From positions 246,760,001-246,824,000 of the forward strand of contig OZ024743.1 in the NCBI GenBank assembly GCA_964016885.1: DNA of 64,000 bases, written 5' to 3'. The notes under the pieces were generated by a model that was not told the origin of the DNA, made no database searches, and saw only the letters and a list, made by a program, of their open reading frames with translations. This DNA is from Eledone cirrhosa. Taxonomy: Eukaryota. Numbering within the stretch: position 1 is the stretch's first letter; the number at the start of each line of letters is the position of its first letter. A program made the translations under genes and the position numbers. Below, piece after piece: positions 63,650-64,000 of the stretch.

Positions 63650-64000
63650 ATGAGGAGTCATTAATGATAGATGTGAGGAGTCAATGATAAATAGATGTTG
63701 AGAGTAAAGACCCCCTTCAGCCACAAATGACCATGGATTTTACACCTAGAAAGCTCTCCTCTGAGGCACAAACTTGAGCAAGGTAATTTTCTGGAAGACC
63801 AGCAATCACCCATGCAAACCAATCTCCATGACACTGTGGTCGTCCAAGAGAAAGGCAAAGTTGATACATTGTGGCACCTGAGATGTTGCAACTCATTTCT
63901 ACAACTGAATGAACCAGAACATAAAATAAAAGGTCTTGCTAGAGGATAAAACACACAAATAAATTTGAAAATAATCAAGAATTTAGAAGGATTTAACTTT

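Overview
AT-rich animal genomic DNA. The RTE LINEs, (CAT)n-tailed SINEs, tRNA-derived SINEs and dense (TA)n runs resemble a coleoid cephalopod (Octopus-like); this is an inference, not verified. (1) 1-20455 is a 27-bp satellite (GTCAGTTGTGATAGTTAGACTGTCTCT) organised into about 5.0-5.4 kb higher-order repeats with a decaying right edge; all ORFs there are artefacts of the repeat. (2) 20.5-39 kb holds decayed RTE and Penelope-like elements, SINEs, MITEs, a 494-bp fold-back, and a candidate spliced minus-strand transcription unit behind an NRF1/YY1/CCAAT promoter at about 31.6 kb. (3) 39974-61529 (minus) is a complete Erlin (SPFH-family) CDS, hand-assembled from 11 GT-AG exons (978 nt, 325 aa), including a 23-nt micro-exon. 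Its introns carry an open DD34D mariner, inverted RTE copies, palindromes and minisatellites. Best novel candidate: a 296-nt in-phase alternative terminal exon (60704-60999) of 15-aa repeats that would fuse the Erlin signal-anchor to an Ala/Ser/Thr-rich repeat tail (128 aa). Splice models were read by eye and need transcript support.
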